Positions 36,174 through 48,819 of a stretch of 64,000 nucleotides of DNA are shown piece by piece (within the stretch, counting starts at the first letter, position 1; each line of letters begins with the position of its first letter). The DNA comes from Leidyana gryllorum EB-2025a (Eukaryota > Protista > Apicomplexa). The notes beneath the pieces are model-generated. The model made no database searches. It was not told where the DNA came from and saw only the letters and a program-made list of their open reading frames with translations. Location of the stretch: the NCBI GenBank assembly GCA_048772705.1, contig JBLWGC010000104.1, positions 496,001 to 560,000 on the forward strand. The letters run 5' to 3'. The position numbers were made by a program, and so were the translations under genes.

Positions 36174-37405
36174 CTAAATATAGGCGGCTAATTCTGCTGG
36201 AGCGAGCACGACGGCAGAGTCGTCGTGAGCAAGCTCTTCTACTGATTCTTCCTCCAGGTCTAGAGAGTCGCGGGCATCAAACCACATCTCATCGTCATTG
36301 TGAACGACGACTTCCTCGGCAGGCCATTTTGGCTGGACCCACGAACAGAAAGCTTCGATAAACGCAGAGTTTACGCCCTGAGAAAAGATAACTATCATCT
36401 TTGATATGAAATTACTCACCATCTTGATGTGTGCCCAGCCGTATTCACCCCAGTAGGTTCCCCAGGAGTTCCGTACGATCCAGTAGCTGGAGTCGGTCTT
36501 GTTATCATAGCCCCAACCCGCGACTGAAATCACGTGATTAATCTCTTTACCGGGCTTGTCAAGAATCTGGCCAGCCTCATAATCGAACATTGTGTCTGCA
36601 TCTACTACGCAGCTTATAGGTCCTCTCTTGTAAATCTCGTGTTTCATATTCTTGACCATTGTGGCGGTATTCTCCGTTATTTCCAGCTGAAACGCGCGAG
36701 TCAAGTAATCAGTATATCTGTGGACGCGTTTGTCAACACTCACCTTGAAGTTCTCATCCGGATTCTCCGGGACGTCATCGTTCTTGAAGAAGCCGTAACT
36801 TTGGGCTTTGTAAACCTTATAGCGCGGTTGAGGGAAACAGTACCCCTGGCCCGGTGGTCCAAAGCAGTTGCGGCATCGGTTCGTAGGATTACAGACCTCG
36901 TCCTCCGCAATATAGCTCTCGCAAGTGTCGTCAGGGACGCCGTGTTTGACAAATTGTTCAAATAACATTAAATCAGATCCACCATTGCACGTTCCCGCTG
37001 CCGTCAAGCAGTTCAGCGTAAACTGTACAGATAGTTGACTGAGAACCCAAATTGACACAACAGAAGACCGGCTTACATCTCAGGCCATGTAGCATTCCGC
37101 ATGATCTTCAAACGGTCACTATATGTTGAAGTGGCAGCATGCGCCCAGCAGCTCCCGCAATACTTTGGTATGTGCTGGTTCAAATTACGCGAGACAAATG
37201 ACTGGCCGTTGATGTTCCTCCAGTCAAATTCGTTCGGGAGCTCCTCCGCTGAGTCTATGTCAGGAGTCCGCTGAGAGGCGAGGTGTGGGTTCCATTTCAG
37301 TACGATATGCGGATGATGGGCACAACCCTTATGGTGATGGTGATGGTGCTTGGCATCGGCCGCCAGGAATGGAAGCACAGTAGCTATAGCGAGAAGTCTG
37401 AACAT
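36174..37405 (-). CDS. CTSZ: Cathepsin Z/X (C1A cysteine carboxypeptidase)
   Basis: Signal peptide, FDWRN, NQHIPKYCGSCWAH (HIP insertion diagnostic of cathepsin X), INHVISVAGWG, YWIVRNSWG. Confidence 0.92.
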
Positions 37406-37434
37406 TGAAAGGGGAGAGAATTTTTATTCTTCTT

Positions 37435-40400
37435 ATGTCATTGGTGGAGCTCACGGCTCGGGACATAGCTGATGTGCTGCACGAGGTTCTCGCCTTCCAG
37501 GAAGAATCAGTGGTCAAGTCCATCCTTGATATTTTGTAAGTTGAGCCTCCAAAGTCTCAGATATATCCTCTCCTCTCAGAAAATCCTCAAAGAATCCTCA
37601 AGAGGATGTCAAGAACGCCCTGGGACTCTCCGAAGACGTCGGCTGGCAGCTATGGGACTCGATATTAAGACGGAGAGCGCAGAAGGAGGCCGGAGAGAGT
37701 GATCGTAAACGACGCAGAATAGCAGCTGTCGAGGACAACAAGGCGGCTGCTACTGCTCCCTCCGATGATACAGCGCCCTCCACTGAAGACAAACCACCAG
37801 CTCCAGCTGAGCCTACAGAAGAAGAGCTGATGGCAATGGCAGGTCTTCGGCGTGACGAGCGATACAGAAACGATCCCCTGTATACCGCCAAGCTGCGTCA
37901 GCACACTCGGCAAGTCTACCTGAAAGATCGCGAGCTCAGTCAACTGGTCTTTGCTGAGAGAGTCTATGAAGACTTGGACCAGTTCTACAGTACTGCGGGT
38001 GACGTCGTGGATCAAGCCCACATAGAGTCGCACAAGGCCGAAAAGAAGCGAATTGAGTACGCGCGTCAGATTCATGAGGAAAGAGGCCGCTCCACAGTCT
38101 TGGATGCATACGAAATGCCAGAAGACTACGACGAGGATCAGGACAAACGGCTCGCGATAGCCAAAGCCAAAATGGCTGAACCCCCAGCCTCCCTACGCCA
38201 GAAACCCGTGAATGAGATGGAAGCCTGGGAAAAGCAGCAGTCCACGGCCGCTCTGGCTCGCTATGGTGCCAAAGATCGGCAACAACCGACCAAGACTGTC
38301 ATCCTCACAGACGAGGGGGACTTAATCGACTTTGTCCCGGACGATACTGCAGCCTTCAAAACCGTAGCGTCCGAAGAGGACGCCTGGTGGAACAAGAGTT
38401 TGGAAGAACGCGAAGCCGCTCGACTCTCCGCTGTGCTCGCGAAACGGGAGAAACTGCAGAAAGAACGTGAATCGCTGCCCGTGTATCACTTCAGGACGGA
38501 TCTGCTCAAAGCCATCAGGGATCACACGGTGCTGATCGTCGTCGGAGAGACTGGGAGCGGAAAAACTACTCAGATACCCCAGTTCCTGGACGAAGTTGGA
38601 TACTCGAAGCTCGGGAAGATCGCTTGTACACAGCCCCGACGTGTGGCAGCCATGTCAGTCGCGGCTCGTGTAGCAGAGGAGAAAGGTGTGCGCCTTGGAA
38701 GAGATGTTGGCTACATCATTCGCTTTGAGAACTGTACGAATGACGAAACGCGAATCAACTACATGACTGATGGTACGTTCTGCAATCCCGCTTACCCTCA
38801 CATCTTCTCCACAGGTATGCTGCTCCAGCAGTTCTTGGCGGAGCCCGAGTTGCAAAGCTATTCGTGTGTCATGATTGACGAAGCGCACGAACGCACTTTA
38901 CACACCGATATTTTGTTTGGGCTCGTCAAAGATCTCAGTCGACACCGGCGACACGATTTTAAGCTGCTGATATCGAGTGCTACGCTGGAAAGTACCAAGT
39001 TCAGTCAATATTTTGATAATGCCCCAATCTTCCACGTTCCTGGTCGGAAGTTTGAAGTTCAAATATACTACACCAAAGCTCCTGAGGCTAACTATATCGA
39101 CGCATCCGTAATCACTGTTATGCAGATCCACAAGACGCAACCAGCCGGTGATATTCTCGTGTTCTTACCGGGTCAACAGGAGATTGAGGAGTGCTACGAG
39201 GAAATTATGGCCAGGCTGCGCGGAGCGGGAGGATCGGGAATTGTTCCCATCGGTGGTGGCCCAAAGGAATTACGGGTACTGCAGATTTTCAGTGCTCTGC
39301 CTTCCGATCAGCAGGCGAAAATCTTCGAGCCTTTGCCAGCGGAGTGCCGGAAATGTGTGTTGGCCACCAACATTGCTGAAACGAGTATCACTATCGACAA
39401 CATTGTTTATGTCATCGATCCGGGCTTAGTGAAGCAGAATCTATACAATCCCAAAACAGGGATGGAGTCTCTGTGTGTGGTACCGTGTTCTCGGGCGAGC
39501 GCGAATCAGAGAGCAGGACGCGCAGGGCGCACACGTCCGGGGAAATGTTTCAGACTGTACACGAAGATTAGCTTCGCCAAGGAGATGAGCGAGTCGAACA
39601 TTCCGGAGATTAAGAGAATCAATCTCAACCAGATCATTCTGAGCCTGAAAAGTCTGGGAATTGATGATCTCCTCAACTTTGACTTCTTGGATCCTCCCTC
39701 CACGGAGTCTCTCACCAAGTCATTGGAGTTACTGTACGCTCTCGGTGCCCTCAATGCGTCCGGACAGTTGACCAAATTGGGACGGCAGATGAGTCAGCTG
39801 CCAGGGAATCCACAGTTGACGAAAATGATCATCAAGAGTCACGAGCTACAATGCACTGAAGAAGCGCTGATCATTGCCAGTATGCTGGAGATTAGCAATA
39901 TGCTCTTCTATCGGCCCAAAGACAAACTGATTCAGGCCGATACTGCCAGGTGAGACAGATTTCATTCCCATCCGATGACTCTGTTCTTTTCTCTCTTTGC
40001 AGACGGACATTCTTCCGTCCAGGAGGTGACCATATGACATTGTTGAATGTCTACCGGCAATGGGAGAGTTCTGGGTACAACGAGCAGTGGTGTTACGAGA
40101 ACTACGTACAATACCGGTCGCTGCAACGGTCCCGTGATATATTTGGGCAGTTTGCGGGACTGATGGATCGTGTGGAGATCGAGTTATCAACGTCTCCGCA
40201 CGATTCGGAGGGTATCCGTAAAGCGATTACGGCGGGATACTTTATGCAAGCGGCGAAACTGACTCGGAATGGGCAGTATCGGACAATCAAACATCCACAA
40301 ACGGTTGAGATTCACCCCCATTCGAGTCTCTTTTTCAGTCCAGAGGCAGTTGGCGCGGAGAAGCGGAACTCGTCTGGATATCAAGACCCGTCGAGGAAGA

Positions 40401-40591
40401 GTATATACCGTCCTGACACGGTGGTCTACGATGAATTGGTACAGACGACGAAAGAGTTTATGAGGAATGTCATCGAGATACAGTCAAAATGGTTGTTGGA
40501 AGCCGCTCCTCACTATTTCCGGGATAAGCAAGATCTGATCAAGACTGCCAAAATGCCCCGTCAAGCTCCCGCCCGCCCGCCACTGAGATAA
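37435..40591 (+). CDS. DHX16: Spliceosomal DEAH-box helicase DHX16/Prp2
   Basis: GETGSGKTTQIPQ, TQPRRVAAMSVA, DEAH, SAT, QRAGRAGR, GDHMTLLNVY..QWCYENYVQYRSL. Confidence 0.9.
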
Positions 40592-40622
40592 AACTTGAAA
40601 AAACTCGGCCCAAAAAAGGTCA

Positions 40623-42832
40623 ATGGGGGATAATAATGGTCAAGCCAAGTCAACTCGTCTGATTATCAAGAACCTTCCCCGAGAGGTCGATGAGGTGGCC
40701 CTTCAGAAGCACATAAACAACATCTATGGTGGTAACATCACTGATTGCCGAGTTATCCGGAAACAGGGAACCAACAAGTCACGTATGTTTGCCTATGTTG
40801 GGTTTCGGACCGAAACAGCCGCTGACCAAGCCCTCAAGACCCTCGATGGTACCTACTACAATACCAGACGTCTGGAAGTTGCTTTCGCCTTCTCGGAGGG
40901 GAGCTCGGCGATACCTCGCCCTTGGAGTACCATCACCAAAGGAAAAACGGGAACTTCGGAGGCGGCCACAGACTCTTCTAAGCCCCACGGAGCTGCTACG
41001 GAGGGAGGATCTTCCACCGCCAAAGCGGCTGAGGACTTTTTAGAAGCTGTCGATGCTGGAGGGCTGCGGAGTCGAAAGAAGAAAAGAACAATTTCCGAAA
41101 TGGACACCGACGATGAGGAGGGAGAAGAACAGGGTTTAGATTGGCTGAAGCAGAAGGCCAAATCTGCCAAGTTTACACAAACCGCCGTCGTGGAGGCCCA
41201 ACGCAAGTCTGCCCGGTTAGCGGCAGACACTGGACGGCTGCGAGTCTTGAACATCCCCTATGAGGTGACAGAAGAGGAGATCCGGAATGAGTGGGCCAAA
41301 TTCGGGACCATCGCCGATGTACTCATGCCAGTCACAGAAGAGGACGCAACGCTAAATAGAGGATACTGTTTCATCACCTACATGTACCCGGCCCACGCCT
41401 GTGCTGCCTTGGCTGAGATGGACGGCAGTATCTACCACGGAAGGAAAGTCACCGTGGAGGGAGCCGAGGAGCACAAATCGGCTGAACGAGTGAGTGAAGA
41501 TCAGAAAGTGATGGGAGATCGGAAACGTATGAAAGTAAAGTCTGAAGTTCGCCGAGCTCTGGAAGAAGACAAGTTGAGGCGACATAAAAGTGCGAAAAGC
41601 TGGAATCTCCTCTATACATCGGGCTCAGCGGCTCTCGAGGTCATCTCCGCTCAGATGGGCCTCAATCGGGACGACGTGCTGGACGCCAGCAACGCTTCTG
41701 ATTCAATAGCAGCGAGGGCTGCAGTGGCAGAGACTCTCGTTGTCCGCCAAGTCCGCGAATGGCTCGAACATCAGGGATTGGAGGCGGAGGCTTTCGAACG
41801 GGAAGGCAAAAATGGAGTGCTGGGAATCGATGTTGCTCGTTGCGACGACACAATGATCGCAAAGCACTTGAGCATAAACACCGATCCCGACGAGCTGAGA
41901 GATATGTTCTCACGTTACGGCACTTTGTCCAGATTCACGGTGGCCCCAACCAAAACGTTGGCTATAATTTCGTTCTCTAACCCCAAGAACGCTCGAACGG
42001 CTTTCAAGGAGTTACTGTTGAAAAACTATAATTCGAGACCTTTGTTGCTTGAATGGGCTCCCGAGAGCCTCTTTGTTGCTCGAGCACAGCCGGAGGAGGT
42101 CGTCGAGGAGGATCAGGAAACAACCACTGCCGTTGCGGACGTGGCTGAGGAGGACCCCAGTGTCACAGCGCGCACCCTCTTTGTGGCTAATCTGGCGTTC
42201 AGCACAACAGAGGAGCGATTGGCTGAGGTTTTCAAAGAATGTGATGGTTTCCGTAAAGCAACGTTGGCCAAGAAGAAGAAGAAATCGCGTAACTTGAAGA
42301 CAGGTCTGGAGGAAGAAGTTTGGACATCGATGGGATATGGGTTCGTGGAGTTCGATACTGCCGCATCTGCGAGAGCTGCCCAGAAGAAGCTGGCGTCGTT
42401 CGTTTTGGACGGTCATGCTTTGCGACTGTCCGAGTCGAAACCTGTCGACGATGGTTCCAAGGCGGCGAAGGCTAAACGCGCTCGTCAAGCAAAGGCGGGG
42501 GCGGAGGCAGAAGCCGAGGAGCTGAAGGCGACCAAGCGTCTGATGGTCAAGAACCTGCCGTTCGAAGCCAATGTGCAAGACCTCAAACAGCTGTTCGAGG
42601 TGAGTTCAATTTGCGCGTGGATGGGACTTCCTTCATTACTTTACTTGCGCAGACCTTTGGTAGTATCCGGAGCGTCCGGATACCCAAGAAGAAAGATGGT
42701 AGTGGGCGTGGCTATGGATTTGTGGACTTTGTTTCCACTGCTGATGCTGCTAAGGCTATGGTGGAACTGAAGCACACTCATTTGTTGGGCCGTCATTTAG
42801 TACTGCTGCCGAGCAAAGAGGATGATCAGTGA
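40623..42832 (+). CDS. RBM19: Multiple-RRM rRNA processing protein RBM19/Mrd1
   Basis: RLIIKNLP..SRMFAYVGF, IPRPWS, SWNLLY, SMGYGFVEF, LMVKNLPFEA, HTHLLGRHLVL. One intron at ~42600-42652. Confidence 0.92.
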
Positions 42833-43162
42833 GATCACACTTCAAGTTGACTGAGGGGGTAGTATGAAGCAGCAAGCATGTTGTCCTTGACCCAAGGATT
42901 CGAGCAGAGCTGTATGGGAGAAAGAGGTTGCCGCTGACCGCGGTGTCAGTTGTGCAAATGGGACTCGGCGCAAGAGATTTGTGAGATGTGTGGAACCACG
43001 GAATGGCGAGTGCCGCTCGAGATTAGCGAGAATAACCTCCCGTGAGGGTAGTATAGTTTTGTGAGAACCTATGGGAACCGAGGACCGTAAGGGTGAACCG
43101 AAACCAGCGAAGTAGAGCCCCATGGGATTTCCAGGAAAAGTTACAATAGAACAACATGACTC

Positions 43163-43818
43163 GTGGACCCCCATCTCCCGAAGCTAAGTGTACGTCCTTG
43201 GCTTTTCTCCGCCCAGGTGACTGGGGCTGCTCCGACCAGTAATCATCAGAGCAACTACTGTCGCACTCGTAAACCTCTTCCCTGCAGGTCAGCCGATGCT
43301 GCCGAGCAGGAGTCAGATCAAGGGTATGCCCAACAAGCAACTTATGAGGCGGAGATCCTACGTCAGCTTAGTTCCCGATTCATCTTTGACCCTCTCTTTG
43401 CTCTCACTACCCACGCTGAAGACTTTAAGGCACCTCGATTGAAAAGTCCCGATGTTGTGGACAACTTGGGTGCTGAAGAAGCTTTGGAGGCGCTCAAGCT
43501 CAACTTTGCTTCGTATCCCAAATCTCTACAACTGATATTCCCTGGAATGGTGCGCGGTAAAACCGTAACTTCATCTACTCTTCCAACAGGGCCTACATTT
43601 TGACTTTATTCCTCAAGCGCAATGTCCTGTTAATATTCCTGTGGAGTCTGAATTATTCCGTGAGTTCATCTCATGCATGCAGTGTACGTCAGTTTCCCAT
43701 TCGATCTATGTAATGCGTCAATACTGGTGTCCACACAATCCCATCGCGAGAAGAACGAGATGCGCAAATCGGAAAGCGTCGGTCATTGGTCCAAAGGCGA
43801 ATACGCTCCAACCGATAA
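43163..43818 (+). CDS. Possible small multi-exon hypothetical gene
   Basis: Coding-like segments (QQATYEAEILRQLSSRF..., GLHFDFIPQAQC...) bounded by GT/AG pairs. Start and exon structure unresolved. Confidence 0.3.
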
Positions 43819-44189
43819 GCTGCGCTCGCTCCCGGGCTAACTGTCCCAACATTCCCGTGAAACCACTCCTTCTTCTCGTAGAAGTCCGCCTTCCCTGTGT
43901 TGCTGCTACCTCCGGGACCGCATGTTGCTCCTCCGCGTCATGTACTTCTACCGTGCTCGATGATTTCGCTTCCTCCTGTTTAGCCATACTTTCCTTGTAA
44001 TGGAGCTGTCCAGTTCGCCTCGTCACATGCACTTATTGCATTCTTCGTAATTGCAGCGTCGCTCCTTTGCACCCGTCTCGGAGTACCCTGTTCTGTGTGC
44101 GCGTGTGTGCAAGTGCCTATGTCTCTCCAAGTTTGCTTGGTGTCCGTGACTCAGTGACAACTGTGTACAAAGTATTGGGTTCATGCAGA

Positions 44190-45522
44190 GGACAATGAAA
44201 GCAACTCATCCGGGCTCGACTTATTGGAGGAGTTGGGTGAGAACGACATATGTTCACGTCGGCCTGAAGTAGCCGGAACTGAAGCTGCTGCTGGCGGGCA
44301 ACGACCATCCACATGGCCGTCGACGAACAATGAGACACCAAATTGTTTCGAAGGAAGGAAACAACCTGTGTCTTCGATCGACAATCCCTTTGTTGGATCG
44401 GAGGGTTCGGTGTCCGCTTCTCTTGGGCCCAGTGCTGAAGTTTTTGCTCCTGCACGTGAAGGAGAGCAAGACTCGGGCTCGAGCTCAGAAGACACTGGCT
44501 CTCCTGGGCCGGAAGTTGCGCCTAAACCCAAGCCCGACGAAACTCGGATGGCGCAATGTCAACGCATTGCGTCAACTCTGACCTCAAAACTCAACCTGCC
44601 GGCTAGTAGCTCTGAGCTTAACAACTATGTTATTGCTCTTGCTCAGCGTGAGGGCCTGGCGGGACTGGATCGCGAGAAACGCAAGGTCAAATTTGTGCTG
44701 CGGAAGTACGACGCCATATTTCAGAAACACTATGGCACACCTGTACGTCGTGAAGTGTTATGCTCTTCATTTTCATGTTTACGCAGCCAACGCGCGCTGA
44801 GAAGGAACCGATGCGACAGTTATACGTATATTATCGGAAGGTTAAAGTGACTATGGACCGGTTCTCCAACCAATCACGTACCTCTTCGAACAATACAGGG
44901 GGAAGACGTAGACGAGATCCCGCAACTACAGACCAGACGGCTCCTTCAGGGCCTGAAAGACGTGTGGCCGGGCCGGCCCGTCGCGATTCAGCTACGTGGA
45001 GTACAGATCAAACAGCAGACAACGCTGGTCGGGCAACCTCAGACTCTCGAGGAGGAGATCTGGGTGCCCCGGCGTTTAATAACAGACCTTTGGAAGAGCT
45101 GGAGAGAAAGTTGTAAGTGAAAGGGGCACCGGGACTCTCTGCGACACTCGGCTGTGACAGGGCCAAAATGGTGGCCCAGAAACAAGTGTTGGCCAAGAGG
45201 TTGCAGGCTTATCAAGAGCTGTTCGAGCAAAGGCACGGCAGGTGAGCGTGAAGGGTTTACCCAAACGAGCAATGAGAATGGTTCCGATGCGCAGACGTAT
45301 TCGATATCACCGCGACATTGTGGATATTGATGGAGATTACCGGAAGTACAAGAAACTGCGATCGGTGAGTGGCTGGGGAGAACTTTTCTTTAGGTGAACC
45401 TTTCTTCGAGTTAGCATGTGGCTCAACTCACGGATACAGTGAAGGCGCGGCGGTGTATGTTGACCGCGAGAGGGGAGCGCTCGTCTGCAACGTCTGGTGC
45501 AGGGGTCGGTCAACACGAGTGA
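44190..45522 (+). CDS. FAM13-like protein (two C-terminal FAM13 repeats); 5' end unresolved
   Basis: LDREKRKVKFVLRKYDAIFQKHYGTPPTRAEKEPMRQLYVYYRKVK and QKQVLAKRLQAYQELFEQRHGRRIRYHRDIVDIDGDYRKYKKLR after splicing. Confidence 0.7.
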
Positions 45523-45562
45523 TTGAATGATTGTTGTTGTGTGGTTTTCGAAATGAAACTTG

Positions 45563-48439
45563 ATGGCTTCCCCGACTCCAAGCCGTTTGGCTGCTAAGGA
45601 GGGGTTGACGCTTTATGAGAAACTTTCACTGGCTGCAGCTGAGCCTCGTCCATCAAAACAGAATGTGAAGATCCGAATACCAACGATCGAGGAGGAGGAC
45701 GGTCATCCCCATCACCATAGCAGAAATCCACATTCCTCGTCAGAAGAGCCGAGCTCACGCCAGTTTCGATCTGAGGAACAGAGTTTACAGGCGTGGGCGA
45801 AGTCAGTCCACGTATTGGCTAAGAGGAACAGATCATCTTCCACGTCGTCCGACAGTACCCGAGCCTCCCCTAATGCGGCCAAGTCTCCAACGTCTCCATC
45901 TCCCGCAACGTCACCTCAGCGCAGGTGGCTGGCCCGTCTGTGCTGTCGATCCATGGAAGAGGTATCAACCGGATCGAAGGCAGTCGCTCCCGAATTGCGT
46001 GTGGAAGGAGGAAGAACTCCCGTAGCCGCCGCGCCTACCGGAGGATCCATGGCGTCCGCACCAGATGCTTCGTCGTTCGCTATAAATCGACGGCGACGAG
46101 TGAGCATTCCCGGTGGTGGATTACAGCTGGACAAGTTGCTGCCGAGGGAATTCACCCGTCCAACTGAAAACATCCAGTCTCAGGAAGAAACGGTCACAGG
46201 TCCTCAAGAGGTGTCGGCGATCAATAAATCTAATTCTACACTGTCACTGCCAGAGAGTGAGCATATTGGCACCACCCTGCAAGAATATTTGGCAAGTCGA
46301 ATTGGTACGAATGTTACGTCTGGAACTCTTCCTCGGGTCGCTCCATGGGCCCGACGAGCAGCAGCTGAGGTCACCATCCAACGAGTCACGCGAAGTCAAC
46401 TGCGCCAGCGAAAGTCAGGTGCGGCTCGCACTCGACGCGCGGACGATTCATCGGCAGCTTCGCAACAAGGATCTGCGAGCTCTGATCCTTGCCAGGAAAC
46501 TTCTCGCGATCACGAGACCACCTCGATTGCCGCCGAGTCTTCCATATTCAGTCACTACCCTCGATTGTCGGTGGCTACTCTAGCCACTCAACTACCCCCT
46601 GCCCCGACTATTCCGGCACCAAGTCCTCTGTCACCCGAGTCGCCTAAGAATGTCCAGTCGGACACCTCCAAGTCACTTCCTCGGCTCCGCGATCTGGAGG
46701 TGTCTACGGCGAACAACAATGATCAGGTTCGGCGTAACTCTGTTGGAAGTTCCACAGCCAGAAGCCACGGAAGGCCTCGGTCCAGGTCTAAGCCAGCAGC
46801 AGAAATTCGAGCAGATTTACCTCGCTCATTGCCAGAGGAGAATCAGCCAGCCATGGTGCCCACCGGACCACTCAGTTCAGATCGATCCCAGATGGGACCG
46901 CATGGCATCAAACGTGGGCTCTCGCGATCATCTTCAAAAGTTCCTCCCCTTGCACTACATACTATACGGACGCCTTATACACAGCAAGACGACAATGCTG
47001 CGATGGAGACCAGCGACACGGCTCGTCAGCCGGCTTCCCACAACACAACTGCTCGTGTCGTTCGTCGAGCCTTAACCATTATCCCTCCTGAGCATCGCCT
47101 GTCTACCAAAATGGCTGACTTGGTCAGCGGCGAGAATGAGAATGAGGCTGACGACGATGACACCGAAGAATGTCTCCCTGAACAACCTGCGGCAGTTTCT
47201 CCGCCTACAGCTGCTGCTCCCGCTGCCATCTCGCGTCCATCAGTCGGTAGCCAGGAGCTACAACTGCCACGCGGCGCCAAAACGAAGGAAAATGGTACTT
47301 CGACCAGTTCAGAAGCAGGAGAACAGAGCATGGAACTGCCTCTCCTCCCCATACCGATCACACTAGTGATTCCAAGTCAGTCCAAGGTGGCGGAAGCTGT
47401 GGCCGCTAACCGAAGTTTGGACGGGGACAACTCTATACGCCGAAAGCGTCGCGAAGCGGCGACTTCGGTGAACAAACCTGAAGGAGCATCTCTACAAGTG
47501 CCATACCAGCGATATCAAACAGCGAGTTCAATGTCGAGCAACAACACCAAGAATGACCGGCCATTCCACCCAGCCCCCACCACATTAGCCATTCCAGTCA
47601 CTGTTGGTCTGGGGGGTTCGAGATCTTCCGAGGATCTCCGAGCGTCTGCGATCCGGAAGCCGGATGGACGGGTGCCGAGCGGGGGCAAAAAGCGAGTCGC
47701 ACGTAGTGAGCAAAGGAGCTTTGGTGGTGGGACGACAGATTTGTTAGCTACCCCAATGCCAGACATGAACTACCGGAGGAATTCTGCGGAGGAGTGGGTT
47801 CGAGAAATGGAAAGTCTGTCAAGTTTGGAATTGGATGAGTCGTCCTCCGCATCGACTGTTCGCATTGATGTCGGGCAATTCCTGCATTACGATACGGCTG
47901 GCGCAGCACCGCGTTCCCGACTGAGTTCCAAAGTCTCCTCATTGACGTTTGATAGTGTTTCAGAGCTAAAGTTCGAGGGAGCTCGCTTGAAGACCTTGAA
48001 GAGTCGACGGGCCATGGCGACCTCGTTGCGCTTTAACCATCGTGTGGCCTGCGAGGCTATTGGTCTACGGACTAATAGAAAGTTAGCACGGCTGCCTGAC
48101 TTTTCGTTGAGTCTTAATTCAGATACTGCGGAACTACGTTTGGTGAAGGGAACTCAAGAGAAGTCGTTTCCCATCAACGAGCTCGAGCTCGTTGACTGTT
48201 CGTCTACTAATTTAGAGCGGGCTCGTGCGGAAGGGGGCGATGAGGCCGAAGCTTGGAGCGGTATCGACATATCATATTTACAGTCGATGAGTCGAGTAGT
48301 GGTTCTGAGATACAAAGATCGACGTATACCGATTATGGTTTTATTCGAGAGTACGGATGATCGTAGTGACTTTGTGGAACTACTGGCGATCAATGCCAAA
48401 TTGCGTTCTTTGCATAGATCCATCACGTGGCGATTTTGA
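45563..48439 (+). CDS. Large disordered Ser/Pro/Arg-rich protein with a C-terminal ISP-like PH domain
   Basis: Intronless ~958 aa. The C-terminal LRLVKGTQEKSFPINEL...VVVLRYKDRRIPIMVLFESTDDRSDFVELL resembles the alveolate IMC sub-compartment protein PH fold. Confidence 0.65.
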   Translation: MASPTPSRLAAKEGLTLYEKLSLAAAEPRPSKQNVKIRIPTIEEEDGHPHHHSRNPHSSSEEPSSRQFRSEEQSLQAWAKSVHVLAKRNRSSSTSSDSTRASPNAAKSPTSPSPATSPQRRWLARLCCRSMEEVSTGSKAVAPELRVEGGRTPVAAAPTGGSMASAPDASSFAINRRRRVSIPGGGLQLDKLLPREFTRPTENIQSQEETVTGPQEVSAINKSNSTLSLPESEHIGTTLQEYLASRIGTNVTSGTLPRVAPWARRAAAEVTIQRVTRSQLRQRKSGAARTRRADDSSAASQQGSASSDPCQETSRDHETTSIAAESSIFSHYPRLSVATLATQLPPAPTIPAPSPLSPESPKNVQSDTSKSLPRLRDLEVSTANNNDQVRRNSVGSSTARSHGRPRSRSKPAAEIRADLPRSLPEENQPAMVPTGPLSSDRSQMGPHGIKRGLSRSSSKVPPLALHTIRTPYTQQDDNAAMETSDTARQPASHNTTARVVRRALTIIPPEHRLSTKMADLVSGENENEADDDDTEECLPEQPAAVSPPTAAAPAAISRPSVGSQELQLPRGAKTKENGTSTSSEAGEQSMELPLLPIPITLVIPSQSKVAEAVAANRSLDGDNSIRRKRREAATSVNKPEGASLQVPYQRYQTASSMSSNNTKNDRPFHPAPTTLAIPVTVGLGGSRSSEDLRASAIRKPDGRVPSGGKKRVARSEQRSFGGGTTDLLATPMPDMNYRRNSAEEWVREMESLSSLELDESSSASTVRIDVGQFLHYDTAGAAPRSRLSSKVSSLTFDSVSELKFEGARLKTLKSRRAMATSLRFNHRVACEAIGLRTNRKLARLPDFSLSLNSDTAELRLVKGTQEKSFPINELELVDCSSTNLERARAEGGDEAEAWSGIDISYLQSMSRVVVLRYKDRRIPIMVLFESTDDRSDFVELLAINAKLRSLHRSITWRF

Positions 48440-48502
48440 AGGTAACAATACCCTTGCGGGGGGGAAAGCGTTTCTTAATGGGGCGTTCTCTCCTTCTCTG
48501 CG

Positions 48503-48724
48503 TCATGCTGAGAACAGATTGGCTCGTGGTCGCACTGTCACCACCTCCCGGACAGCTAAGGGGACCATCACAGCCAGACTCATTAACAGCATAATTCCCA
48601 GTCCAGCGAAGACAGTTGTGGCTTGAGACGTTTTCATCTCAGTGATAGATCTCCGTTTTCGTCGTTCCAGTACAGATCTATGCTTTGTGGTTGGAGATAA
48701 TGAAGAGGTCACCTTTCGTCCCAT
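48503..48724 (-). CDS. Possible small single-TM protein
   Basis: Short ORF with one hydrophobic helix (VFAGLGIMLLMSLAVMVPLAV), divergent from SelT. Structure uncertain. Confidence 0.3.
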   Translation of the reverse strand: MGRKVTSSLSPTTKHRSVLERRKRRSITEMKTSQATTVFAGLGIMLLMSLAVMVPLAVREVVTVRPRANLFSA

Positions 48725-48819
48725 TGTGACTTTTTTTTTTCTTCTCCTCCTCGGAAACCTCGGCCCCCTAAGAAAGAGTACACCTCAGATCGTCGCTGTT
48801 CCAGTCCTCCTGCTGCACT

